A stretch of DNA of 64,000 nt from an uncultured virus (IMG/VR IMGVR_UViG_3300032093_000079) (Duplodnaviria > Heunggongvirae > Uroviricota > Caudoviricetes): the IMG/VR virus record IMGVR_UViG_3300032093_000079. One strand, given 5' to 3'. The position numbers and the translations under genes were made by a program. Shown one piece after another: positions 48,246 through 56,850 of the stretch. The stretch's first letter is position 1; each line of letters starts with the position of its first letter. Below the pieces are notes generated by a model. It was not told where the DNA came from, did not search any database, and was given only the letters and a program-made list of their open reading frames with translations.

Positions 48246-48992
48246 TTGAAAAATAGAGCAAAGACTTTTAATCAATGGATTAATGAAAAGGTAGAATATC
48301 ACAAGGAACTTTGTCCAAAGATCTGGAATGACGATAAAATGGATCCAGAAATAAGAAAAAGGCTTTTGGGAATAGCTGAAGACTTTTGGTCTTCTCTAAA
48401 GTTAGAGGTTCCAATCATGGACATACAATTAACGGGTTCGCTTGCGAACTTTAATTGGAATTCAGATTCAGATCTAGACGTTCATATCATAATTGATTTT
48501 GCTCAAATCGATCAGAACCTAGAACTGGTCAGAAAGGCTTTAGACGGGCAGCGTTTCATGTGGAACTTACGACATCCAGTAATCTTACGAGGACATGACG
48601 TAGAGTGTTATGTTCAGCATAAGGACGAACAACATATCGCATCCGGACTCTTTTCTATCTTGCGAGATAGATGGATAATCGTTCCCTCTTGGAAGAAACC
48701 TGAGTTTGATCAAAAAGACGTTGATGAAAAGATGAGAGTAATCAAGTCAGAGGTCAAGATGGTGAAACAGAAGGTAAGATCGACTAGCAGAAAGGATATT
48801 GAATACTTGTACCTATACGATTACTTAGATAGGCTAAAGAAAAAGATAATGAGCGATCGAAAGGAAGGACTTGCCAAAGAAGGAGAATTTGCGGTAGAGA
48901 ACCTAGTATTTAAGGAGCTACGAAGAGACGGGACGATTGAGGAAATAATTGATCTACTTTCAGAAATATACTCTAAGATCTATTCTGAATGA
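48246..48992 (+). CDS. Pol-beta-superfamily nucleotidyltransferase with CTS-like N-terminus
   Basis: KTFNQWINE; LTGSLANFNW...SDLDVH; VECYVQ. Confidence 0.8.
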   Translation: MKNRAKTFNQWINEKVEYHKELCPKIWNDDKMDPEIRKRLLGIAEDFWSSLKLEVPIMDIQLTGSLANFNWNSDSDLDVHIIIDFAQIDQNLELVRKALDGQRFMWNLRHPVILRGHDVECYVQHKDEQHIASGLFSILRDRWIIVPSWKKPEFDQKDVDEKMRVIKSEVKMVKQKVRSTSRKDIEYLYLYDYLDRLKKKIMSDRKEGLAKEGEFAVENLVFKELRRDGTIEEIIDLLSEIYSKIYSE

Positions 48993-49014
48993 TAAATAAT
49001 AAAAAATAGAATTT

Positions 49015-49833
49015 ATGCACAAGTACTTTAACTTCGCTAGGATATTTGAAGCTGAGCAGATGGGAGAACCCCTTATGCCAGAAGAAATGGGTACACCCAG
49101 TTCAGGAATGCCAAAGGAATCGACTGAAAAATTGGAAGATTTTGGAGCTCTCGCTGAAACTCACATATTAGAAATTACTCTTACTCAAACTGATTTAGAC
49201 ACGCTGAACAAAGGAGAGGCCGTTGTTAAAGAAGATGCTAAGTGGAAAAAGAAAGAGAATAAGGCTGATTATCAGAACATTAAGATGGTCATTCTAAACA
49301 CTAGTAATGAAAAACAAAAAAATGATCCGTCCGCTCTATTATTTAACTTAGACGATCGTTTAGTGAAGGATATCACTAAAGGTGTAAGTGCTGGAGTAGG
49401 AGCAGGAGTACTTACGCAAGTCTTAACTGGACTTGCTCAAAACGGCACATCTATTCCTGACATCACGGTAGAGTTCATTAAATCGACTGATATCGACACT
49501 AGCGGAAGCGTTAAGGCAGTACCGGCTTCACCTGAGCAGATTGAGAGCGGATCCGTCCTACCGGGAGAAACTGAAGGGACTTTTCCAAATGAATCTAAAT
49601 GGATGCTTTCATTCGATCAATACGTGAATGAAAGTAAAAAGAAATCGATCGATCCTATCGCTAAAGGCATGAAAAAAGGTCCTAAAAATAAGTTAGAGGG
49701 AGATAAAATGACTAAAGGTAAGGATAAGCTAAAATCTAAATCTAAGACAAAAGAAAAATTTCCAGACTTAAGCGGGGACGGTAAAGTTACTAGAAAAGAC
49801 ATTCTAATGGCTAGGGGAGTAATTAAAAAATAA
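49015..49833 (+). CDS. Hypothetical protein (late class)
   Basis: YFNFARIFE; internal LSFDQYVNES; C-terminal PDLSGDGKVTRKDIL. Confidence 0.6.
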   Translation: MHKYFNFARIFEAEQMGEPLMPEEMGTPSSGMPKESTEKLEDFGALAETHILEITLTQTDLDTLNKGEAVVKEDAKWKKKENKADYQNIKMVILNTSNEKQKNDPSALLFNLDDRLVKDITKGVSAGVGAGVLTQVLTGLAQNGTSIPDITVEFIKSTDIDTSGSVKAVPASPEQIESGSVLPGETEGTFPNESKWMLSFDQYVNESKKKSIDPIAKGMKKGPKNKLEGDKMTKGKDKLKSKSKTKEKFPDLSGDGKVTRKDILMARGVIKK

Positions 49834-49840
49834 GTTTGAT

Positions 49841-50614
49841 ATGAGAATTAACGAGTGTTCATGTGGGTGTGGAGGGACGTCTGACAACTGTATTAGAGCT
49901 AAAGAATCTGATCTAAACTACATGTTTTTTGGAAACCTTGAAACCATGAAAAGAATCATTGACGAACTTGTTCAAATGGATAGAACTCAAATTGATGAAA
50001 TCCTAAAGAACGGTCACGAATGGGCAGTAGATCACATCGCATCTTCAGCAGACGATATCCAAGAAGTGTATAACTTTTTAAAAAATCAAGTAGCGGTTCC
50101 TGTAAATAGAAAAAGAAATCCATTTTTAGAAGAGGGCATGTTTGTCAAGACTTTTGAAAGCTACATAAATGAAGAGTCGAATAGAGACTGGATGGAAGAC
50201 GACGATGACGTAAATAAAAAAAGAATGGATCCCTTTACTATTCGATTGCATTCAAGCAACAAACGCATGGCATGGAAGTCACTTACTGACGACCAGCGTG
50301 CTGATGCTTTGCGTATGTTAGATTTAGATGGAATAGAAGAAGATATCGCAAACGAGTATAGCTCAGCAGACTGGTCAGATATTCCAGACTACATAAAGGA
50401 TCGCATTGATTTACGAGGAATGGATCAAGCTGATCGATCTGATGATAGAACACTGAGAGTAGGTGATGTTGTTAAATATGGCGGAGAAGAATATCGAATT
50501 GAACGATTAGGCGAGCCAAATTCAGCAGGTCAAGTATTTCACCTCGGAAGATCAATGTCAAATAATTACACAGCAGCATCAATTCCACAAAGAGGAACTT
50601 GGGAAAAAATTTAA
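49841..50614 (+). CDS. Hypothetical protein (late class)
   Basis: NYMFF.NL...GHEWAVDHI; internal VKTFESYINE. Confidence 0.6.
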   Translation: MRINECSCGCGGTSDNCIRAKESDLNYMFFGNLETMKRIIDELVQMDRTQIDEILKNGHEWAVDHIASSADDIQEVYNFLKNQVAVPVNRKRNPFLEEGMFVKTFESYINEESNRDWMEDDDDVNKKRMDPFTIRLHSSNKRMAWKSLTDDQRADALRMLDLDGIEEDIANEYSSADWSDIPDYIKDRIDLRGMDQADRSDDRTLRVGDVVKYGGEEYRIERLGEPNSAGQVFHLGRSMSNNYTAASIPQRGTWEKI

Positions 50615-50616
50615 TT

Positions 50617-50735
50617 GTGACTAACAGTACTTGCTACGCTACCCATTAGAACAGCGTCCCAGAGCGAGTCTTTTAATACACCCGCTATGGTTAATGGATT
50701 GTGAAACACGGTCGCCCACACTTAGCGGGTTTTTT
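50617..50735 (+). ncRNA. Candidate structured RNA / complex terminator
   Basis: Two stem-loops with potential loop-loop pairing, ending in a T-run. Confidence 0.35.
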
Positions 50736-50744
50736 ATATCAAAT

Positions 50745-51017
50745 TTACATTAAATCGAACTTATTACCTAATTTTCGCTCAAGCTCTTCAAGAGTATACT
50801 TTTTTGCAGCTAAGTTCAATAGGGTCATTTTTTCTTCTATAACGTAGGAACCTTCAAGTCCAGAATTAGACTTTTGTTCTTTAGCAGGTTCACTAATCTC
50901 TTCGAGGATCTCAGCTATTTCGGAATCTGATGCATGACAATTAATGTATTCCATGACATCTTCAAATTCGATCTCAACATCGACATCAGTTTCTACTATT
51001 TTATACATTCGGCCCAT
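50745..51017 (-). CDS. Hypothetical protein
   Basis: Operon ORF. Confidence 0.55.
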   Translation of the reverse strand: MGRMYKIVETDVDVEIEFEDVMEYINCHASDSEIAEILEEISEPAKEQKSNSGLEGSYVIEEKMTLLNLAAKKYTLEELERKLGNKFDLM

Positions 51018-51414
51018 TTGGTTTGCTTTTAAAGATTGCGGTTAATTTATCTAAGTTTGACGACACACTGCAGGCAGTCTGCGTAAATTTTATTCGATAA
51101 GAATGAAACTCTTTTATTCTAGGAACCTTTATTCTCATGCGATCAAAGACTTCTCTAAAACTGTGAATGTTAGACTTTACATGTTGCCAGAAAGTTCGTT
51201 CATTCATTGGAGAACTAAACGTCCACGTAGCATCAAAATACATTCCCAATTCAATGCTCGAGCCGGTCTCAAGATCATCGATTGATACTTTTACTGCATG
51301 GCGATCAGTGAACTTGTAATTTAGGACTCTTTTAAAACAAAGAAGTCGGTTTTCAGGCAGCTCAATTGAATCTTCATAATAGACTCCAATTAACTTTTCC
51401 ATTTCTTCTGTCAT
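51001..51414 (-). CDS. Hypothetical protein
   Basis: Operon ORF. Confidence 0.55.
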   Translation of the reverse strand: MTEEMEKLIGVYYEDSIELPENRLLCFKRVLNYKFTDRHAVKVSIDDLETGSSIELGMYFDATWTFSSPMNERTFWQHVKSNIHSFREVFDRMRIKVPRIKEFHSYRIKFTQTACSVSSNLDKLTAIFKSKPNGPNV

Positions 51415-51427
51415 ATTCTAGATTTAT

Positions 51428-51634
51428 TTAGTTACTTTTCCAATAGATTTCGTCGTTCACCCTTATCTCAATAATATTTGGATCTTTTTTTAGGGTGGCA
51501 CAGTATCTCTCTACATTTTTTACCTTATCGTAAACTAACAAGCGACCGTCTTTTGACAAGGTTGTGACCTCAGATCCTCCTGGGATAAGACTTAGGTCAT
51601 TTTTACGAAAATCATCTTTTACTTTAATTGGCAT
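51428..51634 (-). CDS. Hypothetical protein
   Basis: Likely start MPIKV; LSL.PGG...YDKVKN. Confidence 0.55.
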   Translation of the reverse strand: MPIKVKDDFRKNDLSLIPGGSEVTTLSKDGRLLVYDKVKNVERYCATLKKDPNIIEIRVNDEIYWKSN

Positions 51635-51710
51635 AAAACAAATTATTTTTAGAATCATTCATCTAAACTTCAAGTGAGCATAAGATAAATAACTAAAATA
51701 ATTATACACA

Positions 51711-52709
51711 ATGCCGGGTAGAGTTTTAAATTTTAATGAATTTTCTGACAAATATTCTAGCGGAAGTAACGAACCTTCTAATATCGATGACATAAAAAAC
51801 GCATCTTCTAACTTTGAAGAAGGGTTTGATGATGATACTTATGATCAGCCTCAAATAGGACCAAACAGACCTGTTTCTGGAAACTATGAGACTACTCCTG
51901 CTTCTCCTGGAGAAGAGGGTTCACCTGCATTTTCATCACAAAACACCCAAGAAATGAATGCCCCTGAAGAGATGGAGTCAGATGAACCTGAGAATGAAGA
52001 ATCTGAAGAGGAAGAATCTGAAGAAGAGGAGACTGATGAAGTAGAAGAAGGAAATCCAGAAGCTGGTGCAAATCCAAAAAAGAAGGTAGAAGAAGGTTTT
52101 ACTCTAGTAAAAGGATTTTCACAATTCGTTAATGAAAATCATGAAGATTATTCTTCACAGAAAGATAATGATCTTTCTTTACAAGCAGAGGAAGCAGTTG
52201 ATTCACTAACGTATAGAGAAAAGAAAATCCTTTCAGAATATTTAGAATCAAACCCCGAAGAATTCAACGAGTTGGTTAAGGATGAAATTGAAGATCTTGA
52301 GACTGGCTCAAATCCTAGAGAAAGAGACTATGAATCTTTGGGAATGGACGAAAATGAATTCAAAGTTCGAAAAATAATTCATAAGATACTTGGAGGAATT
52401 ACAATTGGTGCAGGATTAAGTATTATTCCAGCAGCAATGTTTATTAGCGGAGGAGTTGCGGCAGCATTAGGAGTAGCTTCACTCTTAGGTGCAACGACCA
52501 AAGATGCAGCTTTTTGGAAAAGAGGAGGACACCATTATAAAGCACAAGATCAAGCTGAATATGAGGATTTTGGATCTAATCCTTGGGAAGATGATGAGTA
52601 TTTTGAAGATTATGATCACGATCATGATGAAGATGATGATACGTGTCATATGTGTGGAGAAGTTCCGATATCAAATGAATACGGTTATTCTTGCGGATGC
52701 AACATGTAA
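51711..52709 (+). CDS. Very acidic protein with two CTS-like motifs and a hydrophobic hairpin
   Basis: RVLNFNEF; internal VKGFSQFVNE; Gly/Ala-rich hydrophobic segment. Confidence 0.6.
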   Translation: MPGRVLNFNEFSDKYSSGSNEPSNIDDIKNASSNFEEGFDDDTYDQPQIGPNRPVSGNYETTPASPGEEGSPAFSSQNTQEMNAPEEMESDEPENEESEEEESEEEETDEVEEGNPEAGANPKKKVEEGFTLVKGFSQFVNENHEDYSSQKDNDLSLQAEEAVDSLTYREKKILSEYLESNPEEFNELVKDEIEDLETGSNPRERDYESLGMDENEFKVRKIIHKILGGITIGAGLSIIPAAMFISGGVAAALGVASLLGATTKDAAFWKRGGHHYKAQDQAEYEDFGSNPWEDDEYFEDYDHDHDEDDDTCHMCGEVPISNEYGYSCGCNM

Positions 52710-52733
52710 AAATCTCTTTAAATTTATCTAGCC

Positions 52734-53330
52734 ATGGAATCATTTACTGCAATAACAATAGCTTTCATAACTGGTGTACTGGGCCCAGTCTTAATATTAC
52801 TGATCAAAAACCGATTAGACCGAAATAAACCTGACATGTTGACAGAGGCTCTTAAGACCGGTGAACTTGTAATGGCTAGGCTCGATCATATCAGAGAAGA
52901 GTTCAAAGCGGATCGTGTTTGGGTGACCCAATTTCACAACGGCGGTCATTTTTACCCTACCGGTAAATCAATTGCAAAGTTTAGCGTCATCTATGAGACT
53001 GTTTCACCAAATACTTCTTCAATTCAAAGCAATTTTCAAAATATTCCGGTAAATCTCTTTACTAAATCGATGAATCAGTTATTGAGCGCAGATACTATTG
53101 AGATACCTGATTACAAGGACGATGCTGTAGCGACATACGGTTTAAAGTACGTTGCAGAAGAATCTAATTGTAAATCTGGATATCTTTTCTCGATAAAAAC
53201 CATCGATGATAAATTCATAGGTGTCCTAGGCTTAGATTATACTAAAAGAAAGACACGACTTGATGTTGAATCAATCAATCATCTTGCAGTGCATGCTTCA
53301 TCTTTGGGTGGAGCCTTAATGAGTCACTAA
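52734..53330 (+). CDS. Single-TM + GAF-like domain protein (T4 holin T-like)
   Basis: N-terminal TM helix; ADRVWVTQFHNG...YETV...IGVLGLDY GAF-like pattern. Confidence 0.55.
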   Translation: MESFTAITIAFITGVLGPVLILLIKNRLDRNKPDMLTEALKTGELVMARLDHIREEFKADRVWVTQFHNGGHFYPTGKSIAKFSVIYETVSPNTSSIQSNFQNIPVNLFTKSMNQLLSADTIEIPDYKDDAVATYGLKYVAEESNCKSGYLFSIKTIDDKFIGVLGLDYTKRKTRLDVESINHLAVHASSLGGALMSH

Positions 53331-53334
53331 TGCT

Positions 53335-53532
53335 ATGAGAATAGTTGAAAACTTTAAAGAATTTTTAGACTTGGCGAGAATCAATCAGGGTCCAGACGGA
53401 TGGTCGATATATGGATCGAATCCTAAAAGGAAGAAAAAGGCTAAACTAAGTCGTCGTCATCTTCCGCATCGCCTAGGTCGTATTGGTCTTGAAACGAAAG
53501 ACGAGGATTTATCGGAGAATAATCCCAGTTGA
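53335..53532 (+). CDS. Small basic protein
   Basis: MRIVENFKEF; YGSNP+basic motif also in 54253. Confidence 0.45.
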   Translation: MRIVENFKEFLDLARINQGPDGWSIYGSNPKRKKKAKLSRRHLPHRLGRIGLETKDEDLSENNPS

Positions 53533-53707
53533 GTAGAACGTCGTCTAGCTCCTCATCCACATTAATCAACATCTGGTAATAAGAAGGTTTATCTGATCCT
53601 TTTTCAAGAATTAAATTTTCACGAATCTGATCAAGTTTTTTACGTATGGAATCATGGAGCTCCTTTTTTAGAGCAGATGATGCTCCAGCTATTTCTTTTT
53701 CATTCAT
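53441..53707 (-). CDS. Hypothetical protein
   Basis: 88-aa ORF with early-type motif upstream. Confidence 0.5.
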   Translation of the reverse strand: MNEKEIAGASSALKKELHDSIRKKLDQIRENLILEKGSDKPSYYQMLINVDEELDDVLLNWDYSPINPRLSFQDQYDLGDAEDDDDLV

Positions 53708-53774
53708 GTTTTATTATATCTCAAAACGGTACTTAGGTTTCAGGATAAATAATACTATAAAATAACACTCAATT

Positions 53775-54251
53775 ATGATAACTTCAATTAAAAGACTTTA
53801 TGAGGCAGATGATATTCAACAGATGCCGATGAATGGTGCGGATCAGATGCAGCCTCAGATGCAGGACATGGCACCTCCTGCACCAGTTCAATCTCCAGCT
53901 CAACTTATGCCTGATTTTGGATTTGATGATGAGACTCCAGGAGAAATGGATCAGGAAGCAAAGGGATTGCCTCAACCTGATGTGATGAATTTAACTGTAC
54001 AGGAATTATTGGATCGTTGTGATAAGATCAACCCTTTAATTTGCATGGGACTAAAACAATTCATCGATAGCAATCAGGAAGAACTTATTAACCAGACTAC
54101 TGGAGAAGAAGATCATGAAGATAAAACTTCTAAAAAGGACGACATTACAATGGACGATACTGATCTTAATTTTTCAAAACAAATGGAACCGCAATCTCCC
54201 GCATTCTCACTAGACCAACCGTCTGACGAATTGAACTTTCCAGAAGAATAA
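53775..54251 (+). CDS. Acidic Met/Pro/Gln-rich protein (late class)
   Basis: IKRLYE start; late motif at 53744. Confidence 0.6.
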   Translation: MITSIKRLYEADDIQQMPMNGADQMQPQMQDMAPPAPVQSPAQLMPDFGFDDETPGEMDQEAKGLPQPDVMNLTVQELLDRCDKINPLICMGLKQFIDSNQEELINQTTGEEDHEDKTSKKDDITMDDTDLNFSKQMEPQSPAFSLDQPSDELNFPEE

Positions 54252-54252
54252 C

Positions 54253-54528
54253 ATGAGACTTAAGAGATTAGTTGAAGGCTTTGGAGCGATCTCAATGGAG
54301 ACAGATTCGGTCAATAGAATATTAGAGCCGGATACCAGCAGAGCAAGCGCCATGATGTTTTATTCGGGTGCGTCTGGGACCATTCCATCCCATTGGAATA
54401 ATTCTCCGTTTCTAAGCGGAGGTAGGTTAACCAGCGCATTTGGATCTAACCCTAGGATGAAGAAAAAACTAAGAGTCTTATCTTATCAGGAGTTTATCGA
54501 CACCTCTAAAGGATTTACAAATAAATAA
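54253..54528 (+). CDS. Small protein with C-terminal CTS-like motif
   Basis: RVLSYQEFI near C-terminus. Confidence 0.55.
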   Translation: MRLKRLVEGFGAISMETDSVNRILEPDTSRASAMMFYSGASGTIPSHWNNSPFLSGGRLTSAFGSNPRMKKKLRVLSYQEFIDTSKGFTNK

Positions 54529-54546
54529 TAAAAAAGAAAGGCCGTA

Positions 54547-54855
54547 ATGTCGTACATAAAAAGTTTTAAGAGCTTTCAAAATGCTGAAAAGAAAGCAAAC
54601 AAAGAAGTGGAAGCTGGAGCAAACCCTCAAATGATTGAAGAGGATGACTCTGCTCTTCTTACGGATCCGGCTTTAATACAAATTAGAGACCAAAAGAGAA
54701 ATCTTGAAAAACAATTAGAGCAGATAAAACAGCAGGAGGACACCAAGATTAAAGAGCTTACAGCAAAGGCAGCAGCGGCTACTCAGGCTGCAAAAAATGC
54801 GGCAGCTAATCAGACTCAGACTAAACCTGCCGCTCCTGCACCAACTAATACATAA
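54547..54855 (+). CDS. Small coiled-coil protein with CTS-like N-terminus
   Basis: MSYIKSFKSF; EAGANP shared with 51711. Confidence 0.6.
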   Translation: MSYIKSFKSFQNAEKKANKEVEAGANPQMIEEDDSALLTDPALIQIRDQKRNLEKQLEQIKQQEDTKIKELTAKAAAATQAAKNAAANQTQTKPAAPAPTNT

Positions 54856-55298
54856 TGGAAAGAAAGATACAAACATATCACCAGTTTATTACAGAATCGA
54901 CCAAGGAAGTCGTTTATCCAACTAACTTTAAGGGAATGGTTCAAGGAGCACTAGGCGGACTGTATACTTCAATCATGTCGATCGCTAGGGAACTGGCTAA
55001 TGAAAAAGCGGCAAGGAACCCAAGTCGATACAACGGTTATGTACAGGAAGTAGATATTACTAGAGCAATGAACATGATCTTTCATAGCGATTGGAAAAAG
55101 AAAATGAAGGCTCAAGCACTAGACCAGGTGATGAAGAACTCGATGGAAAGAGCTGGAAAACAGGATGATGTTATTGCTCGAAAAAATCAAAGAGCTCTAG
55201 GTAGATCCATGGGAGACAAAGACTTTAACATAGACATTGATAAATCAAGCGTTAGATTTAGTGATGAGAGAGGAAACGGAACTGGTAAAAATCAATAA
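54855..55298 (+). CDS. Hypothetical protein with CTS-like N-terminus
   Basis: IQTYHQFITES. Confidence 0.65.
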   Translation: MERKIQTYHQFITESTKEVVYPTNFKGMVQGALGGLYTSIMSIARELANEKAARNPSRYNGYVQEVDITRAMNMIFHSDWKKKMKAQALDQVMKNSMERAGKQDDVIARKNQRALGRSMGDKDFNIDIDKSSVRFSDERGNGTGKNQ

Positions 55299-55302
55299 TT
55301 AA

Positions 55303-56037
55303 ATGACCGAACAACAATTACTTCAGGACATAAATGATGAGATAACTTTCTCAGGAGCATTACCGTATGGTCTTCCAGAAAAAGAGATAAAGAGAATAAT
55401 CGATATTGATTCTAAGTATTTTTGGGATAACTGGAGACATGCGGTCGAAGGTCGGTATCTATTACTTCCTAGAGAACTTTTTACTAATCCGACATTTAAA
55501 AAACACAGACAGATCCAATTACCTGACTGTGTGCAGTTTGTGGTAGACTTTAAAGAAGCTAAGGGAGGATCTATTTTTGCAACAATTGATCGTGATTTTG
55601 CAGAACAGAAATTCATAGGATCTGAGATATTTTTGACTCCATTTATCGGAGAGAGTATCATGTATAGGACGGTGATGTTTTCCTTTCTAGACCTAACTAA
55701 AGCCATGATGCTGGACACGATTGCATACGATTATAATAAGAACAGCAAGCTTCTTGGAGTAATAGGTAGAACGCCTGCTACAAACGGAGTGATTAGAGTG
55801 TATAAAAAGCTAGATCAGGATAAGTTATTTGAGGATGAGATGTTTCAAAGATACGTCAGAGCTCATGCCAAAGTAAGACTAGCTCACATGCTTCAGACTT
55901 TTAACTATACTCTTCCTGGTGGAGTAACCGTAAATTATCAAAACATCGTTACGACAGCTGAGAAAGAGATGGAGGACGTAAAAACAATGATGAAGGGAGA
56001 AAATACACCGGATTGGATGTATTTAACTAGACAGTAA
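55303..56037 (+). CDS. Neck/head-tail adaptor, T4 gp13-like
   Basis: QRYVRAHAK...F..TLPGGVTVNY...AEKE, as in the gp13 C-terminus. Confidence 0.7.
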   Translation: MTEQQLLQDINDEITFSGALPYGLPEKEIKRIIDIDSKYFWDNWRHAVEGRYLLLPRELFTNPTFKKHRQIQLPDCVQFVVDFKEAKGGSIFATIDRDFAEQKFIGSEIFLTPFIGESIMYRTVMFSFLDLTKAMMLDTIAYDYNKNSKLLGVIGRTPATNGVIRVYKKLDQDKLFEDEMFQRYVRAHAKVRLAHMLQTFNYTLPGGVTVNYQNIVTTAEKEMEDVKTMMKGENTPDWMYLTRQ

Positions 56038-56051
56038 AATTACACATAATT

Positions 56052-56429
56052 ATGGCAATTCTTAGAGACTTTTATACTAGAACAAACGAGGATCCAAAAT
56101 ACTTAGAAGATCGTTTGGAAATTAGTGATGAGATCGAATCAGCGGTTCAACAGGTAAAAATGACTCTTTTTACTAGAAAGGGAGAAGTGTTAGGAGAACC
56201 GGATTTTGGAATAGACTTAGACAGCTATCTATTTGAATACTCAATTGATCCAGGTGGATTAAGTAGGGATGCGACTGGTCAGATCAATAAGTATGTCGCA
56301 GAAGCACGAAAAAGACAGATCACAGTTTCTCCTTCACTATATCCGGATGAAAAGTCTAATCGTGATATCTTCGTGCTTCTTATAAACATACCTGAACTTA
56401 AGAACTCCTTTGCGATGTTCTATGATTAA
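56052..56429 (+). CDS. Baseplate wedge gp25-like protein
   Basis: LFTRKGEVLGEPDFGIDL..YLFE. Confidence 0.8.
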   Translation: MAILRDFYTRTNEDPKYLEDRLEISDEIESAVQQVKMTLFTRKGEVLGEPDFGIDLDSYLFEYSIDPGGLSRDATGQINKYVAEARKRQITVSPSLYPDEKSNRDIFVLLINIPELKNSFAMFYD

Positions 56430-56809
56430 GATTCAGAAATACTATTAATTACTCCTAAAATAGATCGAATGTTTCTCTGCTCATTTGAATAACTTTCGAT
56501 AGCGATCCTAATGATTGATACTTGATGGTTTAGCTCCTTCATTTTTGAATAGAGATGAGTCAAGGTTGAGTCTTCTTTTGAATCTGCTAAAAAGGCAATC
56601 TTTCTTGACTCCTCATTAGAATAGAGTTTTTTACCATTCTCATCAGTTGCAGCATTGATCTCAGATTTTATCTCAGATTCTCTAGAAACGATTAGTTCAG
56701 AAGTTTCCTGAACCGCATCATTGACAGCAAGAGCTTTAGTTTGAAAATCTTCAATTAATTTAGGTAGATCTAGAAGCCTATCTACTAGCTGTGTGGTTTT
56801 TTCTTTCAT
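56426..56809 (-). CDS. Coiled-coil hypothetical protein
   Basis: GKKLYSNEESR; early-type motif upstream. Confidence 0.6.
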   Translation of the reverse strand: MKEKTTQLVDRLLDLPKLIEDFQTKALAVNDAVQETSELIVSRESEIKSEINAATDENGKKLYSNEESRKIAFLADSKEDSTLTHLYSKMKELNHQVSIIRIAIESYSNEQRNIRSILGVINSISES

Positions 56810-56850
56810 AAGTATAATTTTTGACTATTATACTAAAATGATTTTACTTA

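Noticed and set aside
48246..48992. CD-NTase partner for the patatin (true CBASS)
   Set aside because: It lies 12 kb from the patatin, is short, and shows only generic pol-beta motifs
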